Origin: an uncultured Actinomycetota bacterium | GTDB lineage: Bacteria > Actinomycetota > Actinomycetes > S36-B12 > UBA10799 | NCBI GenBank assembly: GCA_963704075.1 | Contig: CAVPGV010000011.1 | Location: forward strand, 29,884 to 93,883 | Direction: 5' to 3' | Length of the DNA: 64,000 nt | Shown: piece after piece, positions 39,694 to 49,115 of the stretch | Position numbering within the stretch: position 1 is the stretch's first letter | Layout of the letters: each line of letters starts with the position of its first letter | Notes under the pieces: generated by a model | Seen by the model: only the letters and a program-made list of their open reading frames with translations | Databases searched by the model: none | Told to the model about the DNA's origin: nothing | Program-made: the position numbers and the translations under genes

Positions 39694-41391
39694 ATGGCAC
39701 AGATCAGGATCGCGCTCGCTCAGGTCAATCCGACGGTCGGCGACCTGCTGGGTAACCGGGCGCTGGTCGTCGAGACCACCGCGAAGGCCGCAGCCGCAGG
39801 TGCGACGCTGGTGGCCTTCCCGGAGATGATGCTCACCGGATACCCGGTGGAGGACCTCGCCCTGCGACCGAGCTTCCAGCGGGCGTGCCAGCAGTCGGTT
39901 CAGACCCTCGCCGAGGACCTCGACGCGGCAGGCCTCGCCGCGGTGACGGTGGTCGTGGGTCACCTCGCAACCGCACCGGCCGATGCGCCGGACCGTCGGG
40001 GGTACAACGCCGCCGCGGTGCTGCACGGCGGACGGATCGTGGCGGACTACGCCAAGCACCACTTGCCCAACTACGGGGTGTTCGACGAGCAGCGGTACTT
40101 CCGCCCCGGGGACCAGCCCTGCCGGATCCGGGTCGGCGAGGTCGACGTGGCCATCGCGATCTGCGAGGACATCTGGGTCAGCGCCGGCCCCCTGTCGCAA
40201 CTGGCCGAGCAACCGCCCGGGCTGCTCATGGTAATCAACGGAAGCCCCTATGAGCGCAACAAGGACGATGCGCGACTGGACCTCTGCGCCCGGCGCGCCC
40301 GGGAGGCCGGATGCGCACTCGCCTACGTGAACATGTGGGGCGGGCAGGACGACCTGGTGTTCGACGGCGACTCGATGGTGGTGGATCCACAGGGCGGGCT
40401 GCTCGCCCGGTCCCCCCAGTTCATCGACGACCTCCTGGTGGCGGATGTGACGGCGCCCGCCGGCGACGGCCCGGTCGACGTGATCCTGCCCGCTGTTCCC
40501 GCTGGCGAGCCGCTGACTCCCAGCGTCGCCAGCCCCCTCAGCGATGCCCGCGAGGTGTACTTGGCGCTGGTCACCGGCATGCGCGACTACGTGCGCAAGA
40601 ACGGGTTCCGATCGGTCGTGCTGGGGATGTCCGGTGGGATCGACTCGGCCCTGGTGGCCGCCATCGCCTGCGATGCGGTGGGTCCGCAGAACGTGCACGG
40701 CGTGCGTATGCCCAGCGAGTATTCATCGGCCCATTCCCTGGCCGATGCCGCCGAGTCCGCGCGGCTGACCGGTATGAACCTGCGCACCGTGCCGATCAAC
40801 GACATGGTCAGCGCCTACCACCACAGCCTCGACCTCACCGGGCTGGCCGCCGAGAATCTGCAGGCCCGCGTACGGGGCGCGATCCTGATGGCGATCAGCA
40901 ACGGCGAAGGGCACCTGGTCCTGGCCACCGGGAACAAGAGCGAGCTGGCGGTGGGCTACTCCACGATCTACGGCGACGCGGTTGGCGGTTTCGCGCCGAT
41001 CAAGGATGTGCCCAAGACCCTGGTGTGGGAGATGGCCCGGTGGCGCAACGACACGGCGGCACGTGCCGGGCAATCCGGACCGATCCCGCCGAACAGCATC
41101 GACAAGCCCCCCTCCGCGGAGTTGCGCCCGGATCAACTGGACTCCGACTCCTTGCCTGACTACATGCAGTTGGACCTAGTCCTCGACGACTACGTGGGCA
41201 GCGACCTCGGCGCGGCCGAACTCGTGGAACGCGGCTACGACCCGGAGCTGGTGGCGCGCATCGTGCAACTCACCGACGCCGCGGAATGGAAGCGCCGTCA
41301 GTATCCCCCTGGCACGAAGATCACGTTTCGCGCTTTCGGCCGCGACCGGCGACTGCCGATCACGAGCCGGTGGCGCGAGCCCCTGGCGTGA
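39694..41391 (+). CDS. nadE: Glutamine-dependent NAD+ synthetase
   Basis: Nitrilase domain FPEM..KHHLPNY..ICED; SGGIDS, ENLQAR, TGNKSE, PSAELRPDQ. Confidence 0.97.
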   Translation: MAQIRIALAQVNPTVGDLLGNRALVVETTAKAAAAGATLVAFPEMMLTGYPVEDLALRPSFQRACQQSVQTLAEDLDAAGLAAVTVVVGHLATAPADAPDRRGYNAAAVLHGGRIVADYAKHHLPNYGVFDEQRYFRPGDQPCRIRVGEVDVAIAICEDIWVSAGPLSQLAEQPPGLLMVINGSPYERNKDDARLDLCARRAREAGCALAYVNMWGGQDDLVFDGDSMVVDPQGGLLARSPQFIDDLLVADVTAPAGDGPVDVILPAVPAGEPLTPSVASPLSDAREVYLALVTGMRDYVRKNGFRSVVLGMSGGIDSALVAAIACDAVGPQNVHGVRMPSEYSSAHSLADAAESARLTGMNLRTVPINDMVSAYHHSLDLTGLAAENLQARVRGAILMAISNGEGHLVLATGNKSELAVGYSTIYGDAVGGFAPIKDVPKTLVWEMARWRNDTAARAGQSGPIPPNSIDKPPSAELRPDQLDSDSLPDYMQLDLVLDDYVGSDLGAAELVERGYDPELVARIVQLTDAAEWKRRQYPPGTKITFRAFGRDRRLPITSRWREPLA

Positions 41392-41956
41392 GCAGTCCGT
41401 TCAGGATGACGTCGACGACATTCGCGATGGACACCGAACCCGCCTGGCAATCACTGGCCCGGTGCATGCCCACGAGGATCGCCGGACCGCTCAAGCAGGC
41501 CAGGGCCGTGTCGACATCGATCCTGGGGTCTATCACCCCTTCGGCCATACCGCGCTGCAGGACCTCCCGGAGCGCGTCCCGGCGGGGAGCGACGACTTTG
41601 GCCATGTACAACTGCTTCACCTGCGGCATCTGCTTCATGGTCAGCAGCCACGTGGGCGTCATCCCGCCGGCGTGCGCGCCTGAGACCCACTGCAACAGTC
41701 GGACGAGCGCCTCGCGGACCGGCAGGTCGCCGACATCGGGCATCGTGTCGTTCACCGCTGCGAACCCGGCCTCCACCAACTCCTCACGCGAGCGGTAGCG
41801 CCGGTATATCGCCGCTTTGCCGACGCCGGACCTGGCTGCCAGTTCGTCCACCGAGAAACCATCCGGGCCGCGCTCGGCCAGCAGGCCCACCAGGTGCTCG
41901 GTGAGCGACTCGTCGACCCGGGGGTCGCGGGGCCGTCCCCTCACACCGGCGGTCAT
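41360..41956 (-). CDS. TetR/AcrR family regulator
   Basis: RGRPR..FSVDELAARSGVGKAAIYRRY. Confidence 0.92.
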   Translation of the reverse strand: MTAGVRGRPRDPRVDESLTEHLVGLLAERGPDGFSVDELAARSGVGKAAIYRRYRSREELVEAGFAAVNDTMPDVGDLPVREALVRLLQWVSGAHAGGMTPTWLLTMKQMPQVKQLYMAKVVAPRRDALREVLQRGMAEGVIDPRIDVDTALACLSGPAILVGMHRASDCQAGSVSIANVVDVILNGLLTPGARATGS

Positions 41957-43620
41957 GGCTTCGGGTCAGCCGACGGCTGCACCGGTGTCGGTTCCAGTTC
42001 CTCCTCCTCGCCCTCGAACGCATCCGGCGAAAGGTGCGAATCCGCCTCAGCGTGACCGACGTGTCCGCCCCACGCCGCGTGCTCGGCCTGCGCCGGCAAC
42101 CGCATCAGCAGCAGGACGAACGCGATCAGGATCAACAGCGCCGCCCCGAGCGACGAGAGATGGAAGGCGCGCATGAACGCCTCGACCGATTCCGACTGGA
42201 TGCTCGCGGCCTGCTGCGGGTCCAGCGCACCGGCCGCGACGGCCCGGCCAGTTGCTTCGTACGCACCGCCGATGGAGTCGGTGACCGGGCTCTGCAGGGC
42301 CTGCGGCAGATCACTGATCCCCGGCGCATCCCGCATCGTGTTGGTGTACGCGATGGCGACCACCGAGGAGAGCACCGCGACGCCCAATGCGGCCGCCACC
42401 TGCCGCACGGTGTTCTGCACCGCCGACCCTGCTCCGGACTTCTCGGGGGGAACTGCGAGGGTCATCCTGGTGGTCGCCGGCGCGATGACGTTTCCGAGGC
42501 CGAAGCCCAGGAAGAACCACGTCACCAGCAGGATCCAGGCCGGTGTGTCGGGCTGCAGGAAGACGAACGAGGCAAAGACGCTGCCGGCCAGGACCAGGCC
42601 GAAACCGATCACCTTCCGCGCGCCGAACCTCTCGACCATTTTCGCGCTGCGCGGAGCGGCCAGCAGCTGCCCGACGGCCACCGGCAGGGTGAAGGCACCT
42701 GCCTGCAGAGGACTGTAACCGCGGACCAACTGCATGTAGAAAGCCAAGAACAACAACGAGCCGGTCATGGCCGCGAACGTCAGCGACACCGTGGTCAATG
42801 AGGCCGAGAACGACCGGATGCCGAACAGAGAGATGTCCAACGACGGGTGGTCGCTGCGGATCTCCAGCCACAGGAACAGGATCAGGATCGCCAGCCCACC
42901 GATGATCGCACCGGACACCCCGAGACTGAGCCAGTCCTGGCTGTCCCCGCCATGCTGGATGCCGTAGACCAGCAGGAGTAGACCCGTGATGCTCATCAGT
43001 AGCCCGAGCGGGTCGAGCCTGCCGGGATTGGGGTTGCTCGACTCGGGAACCAGCAGGAGGATCCCGATCACCCCGATCGCCACGATTGGGACGTTGATCA
43101 GGAACACCGAGCCCCACCAGAAGTGCTCCAGCAGGAATCCTCCCAATAGCGGCCCGAGCGCCACCGCGCCGCCGACCGATGCCGCCCACAGGCCGATCGC
43201 CTTGCCGCGTTCGTGAGGGGGGAACACAACGGTGATGATCGCCAGAGTCACGGGCAAAACGGAGGCGCCGCCGATACCCATCAGCCCACGCGCGACGATC
43301 AACTGCATCGGGTCGGTCGCGAATGCGCTAAGCGCCGAGGCCAACCCGAACAGCACCAGGCCGATCACCAGAATCTTCTTGCGTCCGTAGCGGTCACCGA
43401 GCACACCCCAGGTGAACAACAGTGCCGCGAAGACCAAGGTGTAGGAGTTGATCGCCCACACGATCTCGTTCTGAGTGGCCTCCAACTCCTCCTGGATGGT
43501 CTTCAGTGCCACGTTGAGCACCGTGTTGTCGAGAACGACCACCAACAGACTGACCAGCAGCACTGACAGGATCTGCCAGCGCCGCGGATGACCGGTGTGC
43601 TGCTCGGGAGGATTGTCCAT
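41953..43620 (-). CDS. DHA2 (EmrB/QacA) MFS efflux transporter
   Basis: LDNTVLNVAL, GVLGDRYGRKK, WGSVFLINVP; about 14 TM helices. Confidence 0.93.
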   Translation of the reverse strand: MDNPPEQHTGHPRRWQILSVLLVSLLVVVLDNTVLNVALKTIQEELEATQNEIVWAINSYTLVFAALLFTWGVLGDRYGRKKILVIGLVLFGLASALSAFATDPMQLIVARGLMGIGGASVLPVTLAIITVVFPPHERGKAIGLWAASVGGAVALGPLLGGFLLEHFWWGSVFLINVPIVAIGVIGILLLVPESSNPNPGRLDPLGLLMSITGLLLLVYGIQHGGDSQDWLSLGVSGAIIGGLAILILFLWLEIRSDHPSLDISLFGIRSFSASLTTVSLTFAAMTGSLLFLAFYMQLVRGYSPLQAGAFTLPVAVGQLLAAPRSAKMVERFGARKVIGFGLVLAGSVFASFVFLQPDTPAWILLVTWFFLGFGLGNVIAPATTRMTLAVPPEKSGAGSAVQNTVRQVAAALGVAVLSSVVAIAYTNTMRDAPGISDLPQALQSPVTDSIGGAYEATGRAVAAGALDPQQAASIQSESVEAFMRAFHLSSLGAALLILIAFVLLLMRLPAQAEHAAWGGHVGHAEADSHLSPDAFEGEEEELEPTPVQPSADPKP

Positions 43621-43637
43621 GGTGACTCTCTTGTTTG

Positions 43638-43655
43638 CGGAACTATGCCGTTCCG
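43638..43655. promoter_or_regulatory. Putative TetR operator
   Basis: Palindrome CGGAAC-N6-GTTCCG about 17 bp upstream of the MFS-tetR operon. Confidence 0.6.
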
Positions 43656-44052
43656 TATCGTAGGCCCCTGTGCGCAACGCCACAAGTGCGGGCTTCGGAT
43701 CCGCGGGGAGTGCAGGTCCAGTCCGCGGCCAGCGTCATTGCGCATCCCCGTTCGTCGGTCCTTCCGATTACGCGGTGAACTCAACTGCCCATGGCCTCCG
43801 AGGAAGCCTTCTGCTGAGGATTCGACTAGTGACTGGTCGTATTCTCACCAGAAGGAAGTGCGGGTCCCATTTGCTCCAGAAGGCCGAAGCCGAGCATCCA
43901 GCCACCAACCGAGCCGGCGCCCCTACCCCCTGAAAAGCCCATCCCTCAAATCCGGGGGTGCACAAGTGCGCTCTGGCCGAAACCGCAGACGATGTGCCAC
44001 CATGGAACCGTCCGGGGACTCACCGTGAGCCTCGAGGCTGGAGGTTGCTCCC

Positions 44053-44880
44053 ATGTCCGAATCCCTCTACGGCCCCGCCACCGGTCGGCGCGTCACGACC
44101 AGGGACCTCGCCGCGGCGAAAGAACGTGGCGAGAAGTGGCCCATGATCACCGCTTACGACGCGTTGACCGCAGGGCTGTTCGACGAAGCCGGCATCCCCG
44201 TGATGCTGGTCGGTGACTCCGCGGCCATGGTCGTGTACGGCCACGACTCGACGATCCCGGTGACCGTCGACGAACTCATCCCACTGGTCGCCGCCGTGGT
44301 CCGTGGGTCCCACCGCGCGATGGTCGTGGCCGATCTGCCGTTCGGCTCGTACCAGGAGTCGCCCCAGCAGGCTCTGGCCACCGCCACCCGCTTCATGAAG
44401 GAAGCCGGTGCGCACGCGGTGAAACTGGAAGGCGGGGAACGGGTGCTGCCGCACGTGGAACTGCTCACCAGTGCGGGTATCCCGGTCATGGCCCACCTGG
44501 GCCTGACGCCGCAGTCGGTCCACCAGTTCGGCGGCTACAAGGTCCAGGGTCGCGGCGAAGCGGGGCAGCGGCTGATCCTGGACGCCAAACACATGGAGAA
44601 GGCCGGAGCGTTCGCCACCGTGCTGGAGGTCGTGCCGGCGGACCTCGCCCAAGCCGTCACGACAGCGGTGTCGATCCCCACGATCGGCATCGGAGCCGGC
44701 GCCGGGACCGATGCGCAGGTGCTTGTGTGGCAGGACATGGCCGGATTGACCCCGGGCAAGCCGCCGAAGTTCGTCAAGCAGTACGCGGACCTGCGCTCGG
44801 TGCTTACCGGAGCGGTCACGACATGGGCTCAGGAAGTGGTGTCCGGGCAGTATCCGGGTCCGGAGCACCAGTACCGCTGA
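44053..44880 (+). CDS. panB: 3-methyl-2-oxobutanoate hydroxymethyltransferase
   Basis: [37 protein letters not shown]. Confidence 0.97.
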   Translation: MSESLYGPATGRRVTTRDLAAAKERGEKWPMITAYDALTAGLFDEAGIPVMLVGDSAAMVVYGHDSTIPVTVDELIPLVAAVVRGSHRAMVVADLPFGSYQESPQQALATATRFMKEAGAHAVKLEGGERVLPHVELLTSAGIPVMAHLGLTPQSVHQFGGYKVQGRGEAGQRLILDAKHMEKAGAFATVLEVVPADLAQAVTTAVSIPTIGIGAGAGTDAQVLVWQDMAGLTPGKPPKFVKQYADLRSVLTGAVTTWAQEVVSGQYPGPEHQYR

Positions 44881-44929
44881 ACAGCGCGAGGGGTCCTCGA
44901 AGTCACCGCAGGGACCCGACCGGCCACGA

Positions 44930-45232
44930 TCAGGACAGTGGCGCGTCGCGTTCCTCGAGGCGCAACTGCAGATTGACTGCGGCCATGCCCACGTTCGTCC
45001 CGGCTCCATACGCCGTGGCCCCGGACAGGACGGTCGCAGCCAGCACTCCGAAGATCGCGGCGCCTGCCCGCTGCCAACTCAGCGACCCAACAGCCAGCGC
45101 CAGAAGAAGAGCAGCTATCGCGAGGGTTCCGATCGCGAGCATCACCCAGCCGACTTTGGTGAGCAGTCGCTCGACGGTGAAGGCGCGCCGAACGCGACCC
45201 TCGAGGTCTTGCGGGCTCAACTGGCGGAACAT
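44930..45232 (-). CDS. Small two-TM membrane protein
   Basis: Two hydrophobic helices; follows npdG on the same strand. Confidence 0.65.
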   Translation of the reverse strand: MFRQLSPQDLEGRVRRAFTVERLLTKVGWVMLAIGTLAIAALLLALAVGSLSWQRAGAAIFGVLAATVLSGATAYGAGTNVGMAAVNLQLRLEERDAPLS

Positions 45233-45242
45233 GGGCCACAGA

Positions 45243-45881
45243 TCAGGGCAGATCGGTCACGCGTATCCCGGCGTGGACCTTGTACCGGCGGTTGATGGAG
45301 ATCAGATTCGCCGTCAGCGCCTCTACCTGTGAGGCGTTGCGCAGGCGCCCGGCGAAGACCCCGCGCATCCCGGGGATCCGGTCGGCCAGTGTGATGACCT
45401 CGTCTGCCGCCTCCCGGTCGTCGGCCAGCACAAGGACGTCGATATCGAGTTCGTGCTCAGGGTCCAGGAGCAACACCGAACTGACGTGGTGGAAGGCAGC
45501 GACCACCCGCGCCTCGGGAGCCAGGGCAGCGGCTTGCTGGGCGGCGGAGCCCTCGGGCACCGGCAGCGGGAACGAGCCCTGCTTGTCGAATCCGAGCGGG
45601 TTGACACAGTCGATCAGGATCTTGCCGCGCAGCGCCTGCTCGACTTCTGCGATGGTGTCGGCGTGTCCGGCGTAGGGCACGGCCACCAGGACCACGTCAC
45701 CCTCGCGGGCGGCCTGCAGGTTACCGGCACCGGTCACGCCCTCACCGAGTTCCGCGGCCGCCTCCCGGGCCCGCTGCGGGTCCCGGGACCCGAGGACCAC
45801 CTCCACGCCGGCGGCCGCCCAGCGTGCAGCCAGACCCCGCCCCTGCGGACCCGTACCACCCAGAACTGCGATCTTGGTCAT
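45243..45881 (-). CDS. npdG: NADPH-dependent F420 reductase
   Basis: GGTGPQG, LGSRD, DCVNPL, GSAAQQ, AAFH, LISINRRYK. Confidence 0.93.
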   Translation of the reverse strand: MTKIAVLGGTGPQGRGLAARWAAAGVEVVLGSRDPQRAREAAAELGEGVTGAGNLQAAREGDVVLVAVPYAGHADTIAEVEQALRGKILIDCVNPLGFDKQGSFPLPVPEGSAAQQAAALAPEARVVAAFHHVSSVLLLDPEHELDIDVLVLADDREAADEVITLADRIPGMRGVFAGRLRNASQVEALTANLISINRRYKVHAGIRVTDLP

Positions 45882-45941
45882 GCGCCACAGTCTGCCAGGT
45901 CCGGAAACCGGCGCACGTCGCCGCACGTGGGGAGGTTCTGT

Positions 45942-46148
45942 TCAGGCGAGGTCTTCGCCGGGCCCGGGCTTGCCCTCACCCTCACCCCACTCGTTCTCGC
46001 CGGCGTCCCATTCCTCGTTGCGCTTGCGGGCGATCTCGAAGGCGTGGGAGGCCTGCTCCTCCGACTCGTACGGGCCGAGGCGTTCGGAGTTCGCGCAGCC
46101 CTTCTCCCCCTCGACGCGATTGTGAACCAAGCAGTAGTACCACTTCAT
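45942..46148 (-). CDS. Small conserved actinobacterial hypothetical protein
   Basis: WYYCLVHNRVE..C..ERLGPY..RNEEWD; RBS GGAGG; usual neighbour of map. Confidence 0.8.
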   Translation of the reverse strand: MKWYYCLVHNRVEGEKGCANSERLGPYESEEQASHAFEIARKRNEEWDAGENEWGEGEGKPGPGEDLA

Positions 46149-46199
46149 CTGATCCTCCGGAGTTGGGCCTGCTCCGATCTTGGCACTTAGACTTCACCT

Positions 46200-47051
46200 A
46201 TGTCGCTCGCCCCCGGTCGCGTATCACCGCTGCGTGCGGTGCCGGCCGCCATCGAACGCCCTGAATACGTTGGGCGGCCCCAGCCGACCCCCTACCTCGG
46301 CCCTGAGGTCAAGGACGCCGACACGATCGCGGCCATGCGCGTCGCCGGCCGGATCGCCGCCCAGGCGTTACAGGAGGTCGGCCGGAACATCGAGCCCGGG
46401 GTGACGACCGACCGACTCGACCAGATCGGCCACGAGTTCCTCTGCGACCACGGCGCATATCCCTCGACCCTGGGATACCGCGGATTCCCCAAGTCCCTGT
46501 GCACGTCGCTCAACGAGGTCATCTGCCACGGGATCCCCGACTCCACGGTCGTCGCCGACGGTGACATCGTGAACATCGACATCACCGCCTACATCGGCGG
46601 GGTCCACGGCGACACCAACGCGACCTTCCTGGCCGGCGATGTGGACGAGGAGTCACGCCTGCTCGTCGAACGAACCCACGAGGCCACGTTGCGCGCGATC
46701 CGCGCGGTCAAACCCGGCCGGACGCTGAACGTGGTGGGCAGGGTCATCGAGTCGTACGCCAAACGTTTCGGCTACGGCGTCGTCCGCGATTTCACCGGCC
46801 ACGGGATCGGCACGTCGTTCCACTCGGGACTCATCGTCCCGCACTACGACGACCCGTCGGCCAATCTGATCCTGGAAACGGGCATGACGTTCACCATTGA
46901 GCCTATGCTCACGCTCGGAAGCATCAACTACGAGATCTGGGACGACGGCTGGACGGTGGTGACCCAGGACCGGAAGCGGACTGCACAGTTCGAACACACG
47001 ATCCTGGTCACCGACACCGGCTCCGAGATCCTCACGACACCGGAGGGTTGA
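46200..47051 (+). CDS. map: Methionine aminopeptidase type I
   Basis: [36 protein letters not shown]. Confidence 0.97.
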   Translation: MSLAPGRVSPLRAVPAAIERPEYVGRPQPTPYLGPEVKDADTIAAMRVAGRIAAQALQEVGRNIEPGVTTDRLDQIGHEFLCDHGAYPSTLGYRGFPKSLCTSLNEVICHGIPDSTVVADGDIVNIDITAYIGGVHGDTNATFLAGDVDEESRLLVERTHEATLRAIRAVKPGRTLNVVGRVIESYAKRFGYGVVRDFTGHGIGTSFHSGLIVPHYDDPSANLILETGMTFTIEPMLTLGSINYEIWDDGWTVVTQDRKRTAQFEHTILVTDTGSEILTTPEG

Positions 47052-47052
47052 C

Positions 47053-47829
47053 ATGACCGAGAGCCCGCACGCAACCACCACCTGGCCGCCAGATGTCCTG
47101 ACGCTGGCGATCGACGTCGGCGGTTCCGGGCTCAAAGGGTCCGTGCTGGACATGAACGGACAGATGATCGCGGACCGCGTTCGCTTCGAGACCCCCTACC
47201 CGTGTCCTCCCACACTCCTGGTCAAGATGCTGACCGAGCTGAAGGATCAGTTGCCGGCGGCCAGTCGCGCCTCGGTCGGCTTCCCCGGCCTGGTCCGCAG
47301 CGGCCGGGTGCTCAACATCCCGTCGCTGTCGCGCTTGGAGTACGGAGGGCCGCGCGACGAGTCGATGGCCGCGGCCTGGCACGACTACGACCTGGCCACC
47401 GCTCTTGCCGACGAGTTCGACATCCCGGTGAAGGTCGCCAACGACGCCGACGTCCAAGGGTGTGCGGTCGTCGAGGGCAAGGGCTTCGAGTTCGTCATGA
47501 CACTGGGCACCGGCTGCGGAACCGCTGTCTTCCACGAGGGCCGCCTGCTGCCGCACATGGAGTTGTCGCATGCCCCGACCGGCATCCACGGCGACTTCGA
47601 CGACTACGTGGGCAATGCCGCCCGCAAGGAGGTCGGCAAGAAGGAATGGCGCAAGCGGGTCGTGAAGGCGATGCAGATCTTCGACGAGTTCTTGTTCTAC
47701 GACAAGATCTACGTCGGCGGCGGCAATGCCAAACACCTGTCGAGCGTCGACCTCGGGCCGAAGGCGAAGATCGTGGCCAACACCGCCGGAATCCTCGGCG
47801 GCATCCGGATCTGGGACCTCGAGAAGTAG
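47053..47829 (+). CDS. ROK family kinase (polyphosphate glucokinase-like)
   Basis: IDVGGSGLKG, NDADVQG, TLGTGCG, ELSH, YVGGGN. Confidence 0.85.
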   Translation: MTESPHATTTWPPDVLTLAIDVGGSGLKGSVLDMNGQMIADRVRFETPYPCPPTLLVKMLTELKDQLPAASRASVGFPGLVRSGRVLNIPSLSRLEYGGPRDESMAAAWHDYDLATALADEFDIPVKVANDADVQGCAVVEGKGFEFVMTLGTGCGTAVFHEGRLLPHMELSHAPTGIHGDFDDYVGNAARKEVGKKEWRKRVVKAMQIFDEFLFYDKIYVGGGNAKHLSSVDLGPKAKIVANTAGILGGIRIWDLEK

Positions 47830-47972
47830 TTTCCGCTGGGAAGGCACGACGATGCCATGACGTGGGCCCGGATTGCGAAGTCTTTCCGCTGACCACGGAG
47901 GCCTGTCCGAGTCGACCACGCACGTGAACAGAGGGATCTCGGCGCGGCGCTGACTCAGCCGTCAATCCCGGA

Positions 47973-48063
47973 CGGTGAGGGCGGCGTTGTTGGGCACCTG
48001 CTTCGGTGAGGGCGGCGTTGTTGGGCGGTTTTCATGCCCGAAGTGCCCAACAACGTCACCCTC
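47973..48063. repeat. 23-bp direct repeat x2 plus inverted copy (REP-like)
   Basis: CGGTGAGGGCGGCGTTGTTGGGC at 47973 and 48004; GCCCAACAACGTCACCCTC at 48045. Confidence 0.8.
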
Positions 48064-48131
48064 GACCTGGATGACACCGCCCTCGAGGCAACAACGGGGC
48101 CATTCACTCAGCGAGGTTCGTCGACCGCGAT

Positions 48132-48581
48132 CTACTCCCCGAGCGCGTCCACCAGCTTCTGGCTCAGTCGGCCCAGTTCGGCGAACTCCTCCGGCGTCAG
48201 GACGTCCACGATGCGACGGCGGACACTGTCCACGTGCACCGGAGCAGCCGCGACCAGCGCCTCGAAGCCCTCGTCGCTCAGCACCGCGAAGTAGCCACGC
48301 CTGTCGTCGCGGCACTCCTCGCGCGTCACGTAACCCGCTTTCTGCATTCGGTCGATCTGATGTGACAAGCGACTGCGACTGGAGAAGGCCACCTCTGCCA
48401 GTTCGCTCATCCGCATCCGGCGCTCGGGCGATTCAGAGAGCCGGACCAGGATCTCGTAGTCCGCGAACGTGAGTCCCGTGGCCTCGTGCACGTCGCGTCC
48501 CAGCCGGTCGCGCAGCAACTGATTGGCGGCGAGCCAGGCACGCCATTGCACCTGTTCGGGTTCGGACAGCCAGTGGCTCAT
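48132..48581 (-). CDS. MarR family regulator
   Basis: YEILVRLSE..MRMSELA..SRSRLSHQIDRM..DRRG. Confidence 0.92.
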   Translation of the reverse strand: MSHWLSEPEQVQWRAWLAANQLLRDRLGRDVHEATGLTFADYEILVRLSESPERRMRMSELAEVAFSSRSRLSHQIDRMQKAGYVTREECRDDRRGYFAVLSDEGFEALVAAAPVHVDSVRRRIVDVLTPEEFAELGRLSQKLVDALGE

Positions 48582-48647
48582 GTTAGGAACATTACCGAAG
48601 CACGACACCGAGCATGGCAGTATGCACCAAGGGCGCAGAGGAGATCA

Positions 48648-49115
48648 ATGACCGGTGTCCCCCGATTGGGTGAACGTGGACAGGGCTGGGTGTGGGGCCA
48701 GTTCGTGTTGGCGGGCGTCGTTGTGCTCACCGCCGCACTGGGGCCTCGCTGGGCATGGCCGGGAACCACGTGGCTCGGGATCGCACTGATCGTCGTCGGC
48801 GGCGGTCTGGGGCTGTGGTCCCTGTCCGCTCTGGGCGGATCCTTGAGCCCTTATCCCAAACCGCGCCGAGCAGGGGAGCTCGTCGAGCACGGTCCCTACC
48901 GCATCGTGCGCCACCCGATCTACTCGTCCATGCTCGTGGCGCTGCTGGGAGTGTGCTTCGTGGGATCGGGCTGGGCGCTGCTCCCCCTGGCCGCTCTGCT
49001 TCTCTGGTGGCTGGGCAAGGCGCACGTGGAGGAAGCCTGGCTCCGCGGGCACTACCCGGGCTACGACCAGTACTGCCGGCGCGTGCGCCACCGGATCATC
49101 CCCGGCATTCTGTGA
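48648..49115 (+). CDS. Isoprenylcysteine carboxylmethyltransferase (PEMT/ICMT) family protein
   Basis: LVEHGPYRIVRHPIY, EEAWL..Y..Y. Confidence 0.88.
   Translation: MTGVPRLGERGQGWVWGQFVLAGVVVLTAALGPRWAWPGTTWLGIALIVVGGGLGLWSLSALGGSLSPYPKPRRAGELVEHGPYRIVRHPIYSSMLVALLGVCFVGSGWALLPLAALLLWWLGKAHVEEAWLRGHYPGYDQYCRRVRHRIIPGIL

Noticed and set aside
43621-44052. RNase P RNA or other known ncRNA in the long gap
   Set aside because: No GAGGAAAGTCC core or matching 3' motif seen.
47973-48026. Possible CRISPR array
   Set aside because: Only two direct copies with an 8-bp spacer, and no cas genes.
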